Assembly: GCA_963761305.1 (NCBI GenBank)
Contig: CAVXGK010000002.1
Coordinates: 1,664,001 to 1,728,000, forward strand
DNA: 64,000 nucleotides
Origin: an uncultured Gemmatimonadaceae bacterium
GTDB lineage: Bacteria; Gemmatimonadota; Gemmatimonadetes; Gemmatimonadales; Gemmatimonadaceae
Direction of reading: 5' to 3'
The notes under the pieces were generated by a model. That model was given only the letters and a program-made list of their open reading frames with translations. It did no database searches and had not been told where the DNA came from. Made by a program: the position numbers and the translations under genes. This document shows, in pieces, positions 39,036-49,761 of the stretch (the first letter of the stretch is position 1; the number at the start of each line of letters is the position of its first letter).

Positions 39036-39092
39036 GCGCGGAACGACCCCGGGCGGCTCGGGCGCGTGAACGTCGGCGACCGACCTGCGACG

Positions 39093-39234
39093 CTAGCGCA
39101 GCTCGGTCTCGGCCGATCGGTTCACGGCAATGAGTGAGAGAGCGTCGAAGTCGATTTCGACCGTCGGCGAATCGCCGGCGCCGAAATCGGCCGCGCCAAA
39201 ATCGAGCGAGAGTTGCCGCACCGGAATGCGAGCG
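39093..39234 (-). pseudogene. Duplicated 3' end of rnhB (44 in-frame codons plus stop)
   Basis: Translates IPVRQLSLDFGAADFGAGDSPTVEIDFDALSLIAVNRSAETELR*, 34/44 identical to the rnhB tail at 44434-44569 (offset 5341 bp). Confidence 0.9.
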
Positions 39235-39295
39235 TTCCCGGTGGACCGGTGGACCGGTCGACCCGTTGGCCGGTCGACCGGTTCCGAATCACACC

Positions 39296-40663
39296 CTACG
39301 CGTTGCGGTCCGTGCAGCCCTTGAAATTCGGGTTCGTCTTCTCGTTGTCCGTGACCGGGAAGTTCACGTCCGTGCCGTACGACGACCCCTTGAAGAAGCT
39401 TCCCACCGGAAACACCTGATCCTGGGTGCGGCCGTATTGACGGATCTGCCGCCGATCGTCTGCCAGACGCTGGCCGCGCCCGAACGTCCAGAACGCCTTC
39501 TCCCGGAAGAAGAGCGTCACCGCCGAGTCCTTCACCGTCGGTGTGGTCGCCAGCGCGGCCATCGCCGCGACCTTGAGATTGCCGATCGTCTGCCCGCTCG
39601 TTCTGAGCGCGTTGAGAATCGTCGTCATACCGGCAAAGTCACCCGTGTTGAGCTTCGCCTCGGCTTCGATCAGACGTGCGTCGATCCCGGACGCCAGCGG
39701 AACGGGGTCGCTTCGCTGCGCCGAGATCTGCTGATCGAACAGGCCCGTCGTGCCGTCGAACCCCACCTTCTTCGTGTTCGTGACGGGCACGCGCGGATCG
39801 CCCGCCGACGCGAACGGCAGCGCGTTCTTCACCACGCCGGTGGCGTCGACGCTGTCGCCTACGGTATAGCGGCCCTGACTGATGTTGAGGCTCCAGAGCT
39901 GGTTGTCGCCCGTCGTCTGGTCGAACGTGAGCAGATAGGCGGTGCTCGTCGGAACGGCACTCGCCGGGACCAGCGCGGCGGCCTGCGCGAACTGTCCCTG
40001 GTCCACCAGCACCCGCGCGCGCATCACCAGCAACGCTTGCTTCTGCGCGACGGACAACGCGTCGCTCCCCTGACTGCGCGCCAGCGCGCTGTCGAAGAAA
40101 AACGCCGCGCGCTTGTAGATGGAGTCGGTCGTCAACTGCGGCCCGTACACATAGATGCCGTTCGTCGTGTAGGTCTCCGGAATGCCGTTGCAGAAGTTCT
40201 CGGCGATCGTGAGCTCGGTGAAACCCGCGGCCATGTACATCTGGCCGATGTTTCGCGTCGAGTCAGGCGTGTACTTGTTGAGCAGGTCGATCGCCGTGCG
40301 AATGAAGCCGCGCGCCTGTTGGACCGTTGTGTACGCGGTCTGGACGTTGGCGTTGTTGGTCTGCACCGACCGCTGGTCGGTTTCATTGCGCTGCGAGAAC
40401 GTGTCGCTCGACTTCCATTCATCGGTCAGCAGGCCGCCGTAGAGCCACATGCTCTCGCTGCCGGCGGTGATCGACTTGAGGCGTCCGAACGCGCCGACGC
40501 GCACCGCCTCGGCCGCGGCCGGCGAGTTGACGGAAGCCGGATCGATCACGCTTGGATTCTGCGGCGCGAGCAACTCTTCCTTCCAACCGCAGCCGGCGGC
40601 GGCGATCAACCCGGCGATCGCCGGGATCCACGCCCAACGCGGGCGATTCGTGAGATTCAACAT
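39296..40663 (-). CDS. SusD/RagB-like outer-membrane lipoprotein (pair 2)
   Basis: Lipobox AAGC; SDTFSQRN and GIDARLIEAEAKL shared with SusD1. Confidence 0.88.
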   Translation of the reverse strand: MLNLTNRPRWAWIPAIAGLIAAAGCGWKEELLAPQNPSVIDPASVNSPAAAEAVRVGAFGRLKSITAGSESMWLYGGLLTDEWKSSDTFSQRNETDQRSVQTNNANVQTAYTTVQQARGFIRTAIDLLNKYTPDSTRNIGQMYMAAGFTELTIAENFCNGIPETYTTNGIYVYGPQLTTDSIYKRAAFFFDSALARSQGSDALSVAQKQALLVMRARVLVDQGQFAQAAALVPASAVPTSTAYLLTFDQTTGDNQLWSLNISQGRYTVGDSVDATGVVKNALPFASAGDPRVPVTNTKKVGFDGTTGLFDQQISAQRSDPVPLASGIDARLIEAEAKLNTGDFAGMTTILNALRTSGQTIGNLKVAAMAALATTPTVKDSAVTLFFREKAFWTFGRGQRLADDRRQIRQYGRTQDQVFPVGSFFKGSSYGTDVNFPVTDNEKTNPNFKGCTDRNA

Positions 40664-40682
40664 GTGAATTCGTCCTCGTCGG

Positions 40683-43600
40683 TTAGTAGTGGAGGTTGAG
40701 CCGGAACTCGAAGTACGACGCTGGTCCAGTGGTGATGAAGTCGGTCTGGACGTCGCCCGTGGAGTAGTTCGCTTCGGGATCGATGTCCGTGTACTTGGTC
40801 CAGACGTGGAGGTTGCGCCCGGCCACGACGAGGTTCGCGTCGCGCGCGCGCAGCCGACTCGCCAGCGCGTTCGGCAACGTCAGCGTCGCCGAGACCTCGC
40901 GGAGCCGCCAGAACTGGCCGTTCTCCCAGTAGCCGCCGGGGGAGGTGAACTTGGTGCCGTTCACCGTCGTGCCATAGAGGTTCGCGACGGCGCGCGCCTG
41001 CCGCCACAGCGGCGTGCTCGCAATCTCGTTCTCCTGACACGATTGCGGCGCCTGTTGGCAGAAGAACTCCCACGTCTGATTGTAGAGGCTGAAGCCGCCC
41101 TTGTAGTCCAGCATGGCGAGCACGCGCAGCTTGCGCGAGAAAAGATCGAATCCGTTCTGCACCGATAGGAGGTCGCGCGGGAACGAGTAGCCGCGGTAGA
41201 CGACGCCCGTGTCCACCGTGAGCTCCGACGTCTGGATGATGCCGTCGCCGTTCGAATCGGTGTAGTGATAAGGACGCAGGAAGACGCCGTTCACCGGAAA
41301 GCCCACCGAGTCGCGCGTATTGCCGGTGCCGATCGTCTTGTTGGGATTGCCGGCGGGATCGACGCCAAGCGACAGCACTTTGTTGCTGTTGTGCGACGCG
41401 GATACCGTCACGTCCCAGCCGAACCGGCGCGAGTCGACGAACGTCGCGTTGATCTGCGCTTCGAGGCCCGAGTTCTGGACGCCGCCGAGGTTTGTGCGCA
41501 CGCTGGTCGCGGACGGCGACGCCGATGGCGCGATCGGCAGCGAGATGAGGGCGTCTTTCGTCTTCTTGTTGTAGTACGTGAAGTCGATGTTGGCGCGATT
41601 CCCCCACACGCGCGTCTCGAATCCGCCTTCGAACTCGCCGGAGGTTTCGGGCTTGAGGTTCGGATTGCCGAGCGAGCTCTCGATGAGGCCCGGCGTGTCG
41701 ATGTTGGCCACGGCAACGGTCGTCGTGGAGAATCGCCGCAGGCCGTCGGTTGCTCCGGGCTGCACCCCCGATTGGCCGTACGCCGAACGAAGCCGGAATT
41801 GGTTGATAAAGCTCCACTTCGGGAAGAACGCCTCGTCGGACATGATCCAGGAGAGGCTCACCTTCGGGTAGAACACGCGCTGGAAATTCGTGCCGAACGC
41901 GCTGTTCTGATCAGAGCGCACCGCCGCGGTGATGTACATGCGGTCGCGCAGCGACGCCTGCTCCTGGACGTACACGCCGAGCGTCTTGGTCACACTCTGT
42001 TGCCCGTCGGACGCGTTCTTCACCGCGCCCGCGCCGGTCGTCTGCGCACCCGGCGGCAGCGTGCTGCCGTCGGCGCGCGAGAAATCGCCTTCGTTGTTGA
42101 GGTAGTCGGCGCCGCCGGTAGTCTTGAGGTTGAGCCACGGTTTGGCCGTCCACGACGCGTTGCTCACCAGCTTCACGGTGAACGCGCGGTTGTTGTCGTG
42201 CTCGTCGTCGACGAAACCGAGCCGGTTGGAACCGAACGCGGGGCACTCGGTGAAGCGGCAGATGTCAAAGTAGATCTGGTCGGCCAAGTCCATGCCGACG
42301 ACCGCTTGATTCTGCAGCCAGTTGAACGGGCGCCATTCGGCGTCAGCGCTGCCGGAGAGGCGTTGGATACCCGTCTCGTTGACGAATTGAAACGCGGACG
42401 CCGGCGTCCACCGCGCATAGCCGTGAAGGCCCTCGCCCAGTGAGCCGACGGGGTTGTAGTCCAGACCGCCGTGATCCGTACCGTACGTGAGGTACATCAT
42501 GCCGCCGATGCCGTTCACGTTGTTGTCGACCTGCGGCAGCCGTTGGTCGGATTTGGAGAATCCCGTCGTGACGTTGAGGTCGAACTTGGGCGACACGTTC
42601 GCGCTGACGTTTGCGCGAATGTTCTGGCGCTGGAACGCCTCGGGGTGGACCCACTCGTCGCGGACGCTGGCCTGCGCGGAGTCCTGGAGCCACTCCTGCG
42701 CAAAACCCGGCATCTTGTAGGGACCGACCTCGTTGAACAGGTCACCGCTCGCGAAGTAGCGCACGGCGTCGTTGCCGCCCGATACCTGACCGCCAAAATT
42801 CGTGTTCAACCCGTTCGCGATCGGCGTGATCCCGGGTGTGGTCGAGAGGTTGAACGACGTCGTGCTGTCCACGACGCACGTCGTCGCCGACATGGTCGCC
42901 AGCTCGCAACGCGCGATCTTGCCGGTGGTGGGATTGTGGCCCCAGAGCGCGTAGGTCGCGGGGTAGTCGTTGCGATCCTCGACCTGTTGCGTGGAGGCGA
43001 ACCAATTCCAGCGCGCGGCGCCGGCGCGCCCCTTCTTCGTGGTGACGACGATGACGCCGTTGGCGGCGTCGGTGCCGTACAGGGTCGCCGCCGATGGTCC
43101 TTTCACGATCTCGATGTCCTCGATCTCTTCCGGCGAGAGCGAGTTCATGAAACTCTCGTTGGTCCCGCCCACGTTGGGGCTGATCGAGCTCGAAAAGAAG
43201 CGCACACCGTCGACGATCATGATCGGCGCGTTGCCCAGGCTCAGTGAGTTCAGGCCGCGGATACGGATGACGGGCGCCGAGCCGCTCATGTTGGGCGGCG
43301 ACATGATCACGCCGGGCGCTTTGGCCACGAGCAGGTCTGCGATGTTGGACACCGCGGTCTGCTCCACGGCCTGCGGAGCGCTGATCGTCGAGAGGGCGTT
43401 GCCGATTTCGACCTTCCGCTGCTCGCCCGTCGCCGTCGTGACGACTTCCTGGAGTTGAACGACGAGCGCAGTGAGCGCGAAATCCAGCGTGATCGACGCG
43501 CCGGGGGCGACAACGACCGACTTCTTCTGCTCCGCGTAGCCGACGCGGATCACGCGGACCTCGATCGTTCCGGTCGGCACGTTGCGGATGGTGTAGCGTC

Positions 43601-43799
43601 CCTCGGAATTCGTCTGCGTCACCGTGCTCGTGTTGACCAGCATGACGCGGCTGTCGGCCAGTCCTTCCGACCCGGTGCCCGATACTCTGCCGGTGAGGAC
43701 GGCCTGTTGCGCCGACAGCAGCGCGGGCGCGAGCAGGAGCGAGAAAGTGAGGGTGCGGCATAGCCGCCGCGAACGCGTGGGCGCACTCGGTCTACTCAT
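40683..43799 (-). CDS. SusC/RagA-family TonB-dependent outer-membrane receptor (pair 2)
   Basis: Same motifs as SusC1; paralogue with divergent loops. Confidence 0.92.
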   Translation of the reverse strand: MSRPSAPTRSRRLCRTLTFSLLLAPALLSAQQAVLTGRVSGTGSEGLADSRVMLVNTSTVTQTNSEGRYTIRNVPTGTIEVRVIRVGYAEQKKSVVVAPGASITLDFALTALVVQLQEVVTTATGEQRKVEIGNALSTISAPQAVEQTAVSNIADLLVAKAPGVIMSPPNMSGSAPVIRIRGLNSLSLGNAPIMIVDGVRFFSSSISPNVGGTNESFMNSLSPEEIEDIEIVKGPSAATLYGTDAANGVIVVTTKKGRAGAARWNWFASTQQVEDRNDYPATYALWGHNPTTGKIARCELATMSATTCVVDSTTSFNLSTTPGITPIANGLNTNFGGQVSGGNDAVRYFASGDLFNEVGPYKMPGFAQEWLQDSAQASVRDEWVHPEAFQRQNIRANVSANVSPKFDLNVTTGFSKSDQRLPQVDNNVNGIGGMMYLTYGTDHGGLDYNPVGSLGEGLHGYARWTPASAFQFVNETGIQRLSGSADAEWRPFNWLQNQAVVGMDLADQIYFDICRFTECPAFGSNRLGFVDDEHDNNRAFTVKLVSNASWTAKPWLNLKTTGGADYLNNEGDFSRADGSTLPPGAQTTGAGAVKNASDGQQSVTKTLGVYVQEQASLRDRMYITAAVRSDQNSAFGTNFQRVFYPKVSLSWIMSDEAFFPKWSFINQFRLRSAYGQSGVQPGATDGLRRFSTTTVAVANIDTPGLIESSLGNPNLKPETSGEFEGGFETRVWGNRANIDFTYYNKKTKDALISLPIAPSASPSATSVRTNLGGVQNSGLEAQINATFVDSRRFGWDVTVSASHNSNKVLSLGVDPAGNPNKTIGTGNTRDSVGFPVNGVFLRPYHYTDSNGDGIIQTSELTVDTGVVYRGYSFPRDLLSVQNGFDLFSRKLRVLAMLDYKGGFSLYNQTWEFFCQQAPQSCQENEIASTPLWRQARAVANLYGTTVNGTKFTSPGGYWENGQFWRLREVSATLTLPNALASRLRARDANLVVAGRNLHVWTKYTDIDPEANYSTGDVQTDFITTGPASYFEFRLNLHY

Positions 43800-44243
43800 G
43801 GAACGCTCTCCCGGGGTGAGTCAGGTTGTGCGTCAGAACGCGCGCGTCGTCGCCGTGCGGCGCGCGCGTGAAAAAACCGCGAGTGTTCCTTCTAGGGTGC
43901 AAGCGCTGCTACGAGTCGCGGATCAATGCACGCTCGATTCACTCGCTCATCGCGGCGGAGACTCAGCCGTCACAGGGCACGCTTGACTGCGCGCGAGCCC
44001 GTGGTGGGTGGGAAGCGAGCGCGCGACGCGATTGTATGTTCGCCGGCCGACGCGCGCAAGAAGCGAAGGGCCGTTTCGTAACCGCCACCGGCCGGTCAGC
44101 CCCGGAAACATGCGAGCTCGTCCACGACGCCCCGTGCTCCGGGTGGGCGCTCGAATCGCAGACGATGGACCGCGACCGCGCACCCCATGGAGTCGCGCGC
44201 GCACACCGAGGCAGCGTCCGAGACGGCCCGGGGTCTGGAGCGC

Positions 44244-44290
44244 GAGCCGTTGCAGTATTGCCGGTAGTATCGGCAATACTGCGAGCGGTC
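44244..44290. repeat. Third copy of the 47-bp hairpin element, inside a direct repeat of 38957-39072
   Basis: One mismatch, in the loop, versus 38989-39035. Confidence 0.9.
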
Positions 44291-44433
44291 GCGCGGAAGA
44301 CCTCGGGCGGCTCGGGCGCGTGAACGGCGCCGAACGACAGCGTGCCAATCTGCGTTCGCGTTCGCCGCCGCGTGCGCACACGGAGCAGCGTCCGAGACGG
44401 CCCGGGGCTGGAGCGCGAGCCGGACCTGCGACG

Positions 44434-45163
44434 CTAGCGCAGCTCGGCTTGGGTCGACCGGTTCACGGCAATGAGCGAGAGAGCCTCGAAGTCGATTTCG
44501 ACGTCCGGCGAATCGCTGGTGACGAGATCGGCCACGCCAAAATCGAGCGAGAGCTGCCGCACCGGAATGAACGAGCGCCGATGATGCGGCGTGAGGCCGA
44601 CGGCACCGAGTCCCTCGAGGTGCGCCGCGGTCGCGTAGCCGACGTTCCGCTCCCAGCGATACCCGGGATAGCGCACGGCCAGGGCGTGCATCAGGCGATC
44701 GCGCGTCACCTTGGCGACGATCGACGCGCAAGCGATCGAGTAGCACGCGTCGTCGCCGCCGACGATCGCCGTGTGCTCGATGCCCAGCGAGCGAATCGGC
44801 TTGCCGTCGATCAACACATGGTGCGGCCGCTGGCCGAGCCGCGTCAGCGCGCGACGCATCGCCAACACCGTCGCATGGTAGATGTTCAGCCGATCAATTT
44901 CGCGCACCGACGCCGCGCCCACCGAAATGCACACGGCGCGTTCGCGGATCTTCACCAGCAGCCGCTCGCGTTCACCGGCGGTGAGCTGCTTGGAGTCGTT
45001 GACGCCGCGAATCGCCCGCTCGCCGGGCGGCATGATGCAGGCGCACGCGACAACGGGGCCCGCGAGGGGGCCCCGTCCCACTTCATCCACACCGGCGATC
45101 AGCGGACCGGCCGTCTGTCGGAGATCGCGTTCGATCGGCTTCCACCGATCGCGTCCCCCCCAT
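44434..45163 (-). CDS. rnhB: Ribonuclease HII (extra G in the G-run right after the ATG)
   Basis: AGVDEVGRGPLAGPV, DSKQL, LIDG, SIACASIVAKVTRD, GY, HRRSF; follows rplS. Confidence 0.93.
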
Positions 45164-45175
45164 CGGCGGGCCGCC

Positions 45176-45550
45176 CTACTCGGTGGCGCTGGTTTCCGGA
45201 ACCGCGATGTGCGTTTTCTTCTCGCGAATGCGCGTCGCCTTGCCGGTGAGGTGGCGCAGGTAGTAGAGCTTGGCGCGACGGACGCGGCCACGACGCACGA
45301 CGTTCACTTCGGCCAGCATCGGGCTGTGCACCGGGAAGATGCGCTCGACGCCGACACCGTTGGAGATCTTGCGAACCGTGAAGGTCTCGCTGACGCCACT
45401 GCCGCGGCGCGCGATGCAAATCCCTTCGAAGGCCTGGATGCGCTCCTTCTCGCCTTCCTTTACACGGACGTTGACGCGGAGGGTGTCGCCGGGACGGAAC
45501 GGCGGCACGTCGCGGAGCCACTCTTTTTGGGTTTCGATGAAAGCATGCAT
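45176..45550 (-). CDS. rplS: 50S ribosomal protein L19
   Basis: [39 protein letters not shown]. Confidence 0.97.
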   Translation of the reverse strand: MHAFIETQKEWLRDVPPFRPGDTLRVNVRVKEGEKERIQAFEGICIARRGSGVSETFTVRKISNGVGVERIFPVHSPMLAEVNVVRRGRVRRAKLYYLRHLTGKATRIREKKTHIAVPETSATE

Positions 45551-45679
45551 TGGATGCTCGGCGCTGGAGACCGGGGGAGGATCGGCACCCGGGGGCCGAC
45601 GAGGACGCGATTCTGGTACAGACTGCGAATTGTAAGCAGCGAAGGGGCTTAGCGCCACTGGGCCCCTGAGTTAACTGGC

Positions 45680-47943
45680 CTATCGCGCCGTCGCCTTCGC
45701 GAGCGCCTGCACGGCGGGCGGATAGCCGGGCGAAATCCGCAGGGCCCGCTGAAAGAGCTCTACCGCGACGCTCAACTGCCCGCGCGCCGCCTTCACGAGG
45801 CCGAGGCGGGTAACGGCCTCGGGATCGTTGGGTGCTGTTCGGGTGGCTTGAGTCAGGTACGCGTCCGCTTCGGCAAGGCGTGAAATCGCCACCATCGCCT
45901 GACCGACCGTCAAATACACCTGCTCGTCCGATCCGGCGTTTGCGGCCGCTTTCGCCGCGGCGGCCACCGATTGCTCGATTCTCTGCTGTTGGGCGTAGCA
46001 GACGCTGAGTACGGCGAACGTCATCGGGTTTCGATCACCGTTCGAGGCCGCGCTCTCGAGGTACGGCACCGCCTCGGTGGTCGAGCCGCGCTCGGCGAGC
46101 ATCGCCCCTAGGACTGCGGCCGCGTCCGATCTCTTGGGATTCAAGCTGAGAGCGCGACGAAGCGCCGCCATCGCATCGTCCGATCGATTCGCGTTCATGT
46201 AGGATTGGGCGAGCATTGCGAATGTCTCATCCGTCGCCTGCGGGGAGCTCGCCATCCGCTCGAGATATGGAATCGACGTCGAGTCTTTCTGGCTGGCGAG
46301 CAGACCGCCCAGCCGACGCGTCGCGTCCACGTAGTCGGGGTTGATGCGGAGCGCGTGCTCGAGCAGCACGCGCGCATCGGCGACTCGACCCGCGTCGACT
46401 CTGATCTGCGCGAGGTTCGACCACGCCGGCATGTACGTGGAATCGACGGCAATCGCACGGTTCCACAGCGAGTCGGCCTCGTCGACGCGACCGCGGTCCT
46501 TCGCGTAGATCACCGCGGCGAGGTTGTCATACGCGCGCGGGTTGTCCGGCACTTTGACGGACGCGTCGCGCCACAGCCGTTCTGGACTCGCATAGAGCGC
46601 GCTTCGGCGCCACGTGACAATCGCCAGCAGCGCCGCGACCACCGCGGAACCGCCGAGAAACAGGCGTCGTCGCGAGCGCAGCGCGTACGCCGCGGCGATG
46701 ACGACTCCGACGATGACGGCCGCCGACGCGAGATAGATGCGTCGCTCGGCGGCGATCTCCGTCATGATGGGAACGACGCTCGACGACGGCGCGAGCACGG
46801 CAAACAACCAGAACACAAGGAACGCGAGCCACGGCGGCCTCTTTCGCGCGGCGACGAAAAGGAGACCGGCGGCGATGGCGAGCACGATCAGTCCGCCGAC
46901 AAGTCCGGCGATTCCATACACGGGGCGAAAACCGTAGTCGAACCGCAGATCCCGCGGCCACACGATCAGTTGGAGGTAATGGGCGATCGCCCATCCCTGA
47001 CTGTAGAGGTAGCGATACCACGGAACGCCGACCGCGAAGCCCACCGAGTCGGCGCGCCCTCCACCCGCGATCAACACACCGAGCAGAACCAGCGTCGCGC
47101 CAAGCCCGGCGTAGAACCAGCGACGCGAGCGATTGTCGGCGAGCTCCTTCCACGAGCTCACTCGGAAAACACGATCGTACACGGCGACGACGAACGGCGC
47201 GGTCGCCATCACTTCTTTGCTTGCCATGCCGACGGCGCATAGGACAACCCCCGCGATCAGCCACACGCACCGCCGCGCGGCGGTCGACGCGTCCCACGCC
47301 CGTATCGATGCGTACAGCGTGGCGAGATAGCACGCCGAGACGAGCAACTCCGTTCGCTGAACCACATAGTCGACGGCGTCGGTCTGAATCGGGTGCAAGA
47401 GCCAGAGGCCCATCGAGACAAACGCGATCGTCTCCGCGCCGTCGTTGACCCCCCCCATTCCCCGAACGTCGAGAGCGACAGCGTGCGCCGCACGACACCG
47501 AAGAGCAGCAGTCCGCAGACCACGTGGAGCAGCACGTTCGTGACGTGATAGACAATTGTCCCCGAGTCGCTCGCCGAATCGCCATTTCGCGCGAGCCCCA
47601 GCGACACACTCACCGCGTGGTCGACGGCGAGCGACAGGTTCGCCGCGGGTCGGCCCGACACCGCCAGGCGCGGCGGAGGGGCCAATGACGTCGAGAGTGG
47701 GAAGACGTGCTCGATGGTCGGATTGTCCGGAATGCTTCCTATGTCATCGAACGCGAACGGCGCGCGAAACGCCGGCGCGAACGCGATCAACGTCGCGAGG
47801 ACAACGGCGGCTATCGCGATCAACGAGGAACGCGACAGCGCCGGGATCAGGACTCTATTTGCCGGCGCTTCGTTGGCCGCGGCGCCGCTTCCTGTGAAAG
47901 AAGTCTTACGCGAGCCGCGACGCCGCTCCCTCTCCCTGGCCAA
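45680..47943 (-). CDS. Multi-TM + TPR protein (TMTC / GT-C-like); frameshift in the C-run near 47455; start uncertain
   Basis: FAFDD, GRP, YHVTNVLLH, LHPIQTDAVDYVVQRTE, SKE, AERRIYL, then TPR repeats. Confidence 0.8.
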
Positions 47944-47949
47944 GGGGGA

Positions 47950-48669
47950 CTACCGATCGCGGCGGTCGCGCGAGAGCCGCTCGCCTTCGGCGTGTCGCCA
48001 GGCGTCGATCCGCTTGTGGTCGCCGGACAGCAGGACGTCGGGCACCGTGTGCCCGCGATACGAAGGCGGCCGAGTGTAGCTCGGCGCCGAGATATCCCGG
48101 TCGAAGAACGAGTCGCCGCGCGCGCTGTCGAGGTCGGACATCGCCCCGGGCAGGAGGCGAACGGTGGCGTCGATCACGGCGAGCGCGGCGGGTTCGCCGC
48201 CACTCAGAACGAAATCGCCGAGCGAGATCTCTTCAGTGGCGAGGAAGTCGGCGACGCGCTGGTCGACATCCTTGTAGTGGCCGCAGAGGATCGTGAGCTC
48301 GGCGCCGGCGGCGTAGCGGTTCGCGTCGGCCTGCGTAAAGTGTCGTCCGCGCGCCGACATGAGCACGATCGGTCCCCCCCCGACACTGCGAGCGATTCCA
48401 CGGCCTCGAAAAATGGCTCGGGCTTCATGACCATCCCGGCGCCGCCGCCGTATGGATAGTCGTCGACCGTGCGATGGCGGTCGTGCGTGAAATCGCGGAG
48501 GTCGGTGACGCGATACTCGACGGCCCGTGCGTCGCGCGCGCGCGACGGAATGCTGAGTCCCAGCGGGCCGGCGAAGAATTCAGGAAAGATCGTGACGACG
48601 TTGATGCGGAGCGCCGGCGCTGCGAACGACGCTCTCGTCGGGTGCCGCGGGGCGCACGGCGTCAGTCAT
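47950..48669 (-). CDS. trmD: tRNA (guanine-N1)-methyltransferase; apparent indels near 48377 and in the first codons
   Basis: [55 protein letters not shown]. Confidence 0.92.
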
Positions 48670-49192
48670 CGAGCAAGCCGTGCGGCGGGTCGATGCGTAT
48701 CACGCGTCGCTCGCGATCGACGTTGGTCACGATGCGATCATATGGAATGATGACCGTGCCGGTCTCGCGCGCGACGTCGAGCGCCAGGCCCTGCGGCAGC
48801 TCGTAGGTGTCGACGACAGATCCGACGAGCGCGCCCGACTCGAGCTCCACGCGCATGCCGATGAGGTCGTGGACGTAGACCTCGCCGGCTTGCAGACCTG
48901 AGAGCTCGCTCGCCGGCGCGAGCAGAAACCGATCGCGCCACTTCTCGGCCACGTCGCGGTCGGTGATCTCGGCGAAGTGCACGATGAAGCCGCCCTTGAA
49001 CGGCGTCGCCGAGGCGACGTGCAGCTCGGCGCCGTCACGCGCCGGATCGCCGGTGGTGGTTCCGGCGACGAGCCGGCGCCCGATGGAAAAGACGGCGTCC
49101 GGCTCGTCGGTCAGCGGCTCGACGACAAGGTCGCCGCGCACGCCGTGCGCTTTGCGAATCCTGCCGACGATGATCGGGGGTGCGCCGCTCAG
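48662..49192 (-). CDS. rimM: Ribosome maturation factor RimM (start codon unclear, possibly CTG)
   Basis: [31 protein letters not shown]; lies between rpsP and trmD. Confidence 0.9.
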   Translation of the reverse strand: MSGAPPIIVGRIRKAHGVRGDLVVEPLTDEPDAVFSIGRRLVAGTTTGDPARDGAELHVASATPFKGGFIVHFAEITDRDVAEKWRDRFLLAPASELSGLQAGEVYVHDLIGMRVELESGALVGSVVDTYELPQGLALDVARETGTVIIPYDRIVTNVDRERRVIRIDPPHGLLDD

Positions 49193-49193
49193 A

Positions 49194-49508
49194 CTACTCG
49201 GCCTTCTCCGACAGCGGCACCGCGCCGGCAGTGCGCTCGCGTCCCAGCCGCGTCTCGTGGCGCGTCTTGAGCACGCCGGCACGCCGAAGGAGCGACCGCA
49301 CGGTGTCGGTCGGCTGGGCGCCGTTGTCGAGCCAATGGTTGACGCGCTCGGCCTTGAGGTTGAGCGCGTTCTCACCCTGACGGGGCGCGTACTGCCCGAC
49401 GACCTCGATGAACTTCCCGTCGCGCGGGCTGCGCGAATCGGCGATCACGATGCGGAAGAGCGAATTCTTTTTGCGGCCGGTGCGGCGAAGGCGAATCTTG
49501 ACGGACAT
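49194..49508 (-). CDS. rpsP: 30S ribosomal protein S16
   Basis: VKIRLRR, DSRSPRDGKFIE, GAQPTDTV. Confidence 0.97.
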   Translation of the reverse strand: MSVKIRLRRTGRKKNSLFRIVIADSRSPRDGKFIEVVGQYAPRQGENALNLKAERVNHWLDNGAQPTDTVRSLLRRAGVLKTRHETRLGRERTAGAVPLSEKAE

Positions 49509-49635
49509 TCTGGCTCCCCAATCAGGGTTTCTGAACTACACCGGGCTCATCGCGAACACGCCAACCGGCGGCCGCACCCGGAAACCGCGAAACTGCCTCT
49601 CACTGATAACGATCTCTTAGCGGAACGACCACTCG

Positions 49636-49711
49636 AGCATCAGCAACAGCATCAGCCTTCTGCAACAGCACCAGCCGTCAGTTCCTGATTGCTGTCGCTG
49701 ATGCTGATGCC
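49636..49711. repeat. Inverted 6-bp (CAGCAN) arrays forming a hairpin between ffh and rpsP
   Basis: agcatcagcaacagcatcag ... ctgattgctgtcgctgatgctgatgc. Confidence 0.65.
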
Positions 49712-49761
49712 AGAGTGCCAGACACCAGTACCAACCCTATCAGGCCAGGGGTTCATCGCCG

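Noticed and set aside
33555..43799. Polysaccharide utilisation locus
   Set aside because: No adjacent glycoside hydrolases or PUL regulators; the substrate cannot be inferred
45155..48669. Programmed frameshifting or pseudogenisation of rnhB, trmD and the TPR gene
   Set aside because: The indels sit mostly in C/G homopolymers and hit normally essential trmD; consistent with long-read consensus error
49509..49761. SRP RNA or other ncRNA next to ffh
   Set aside because: No SRP helix-8 motif recognised; only a 6-bp repeat hairpin
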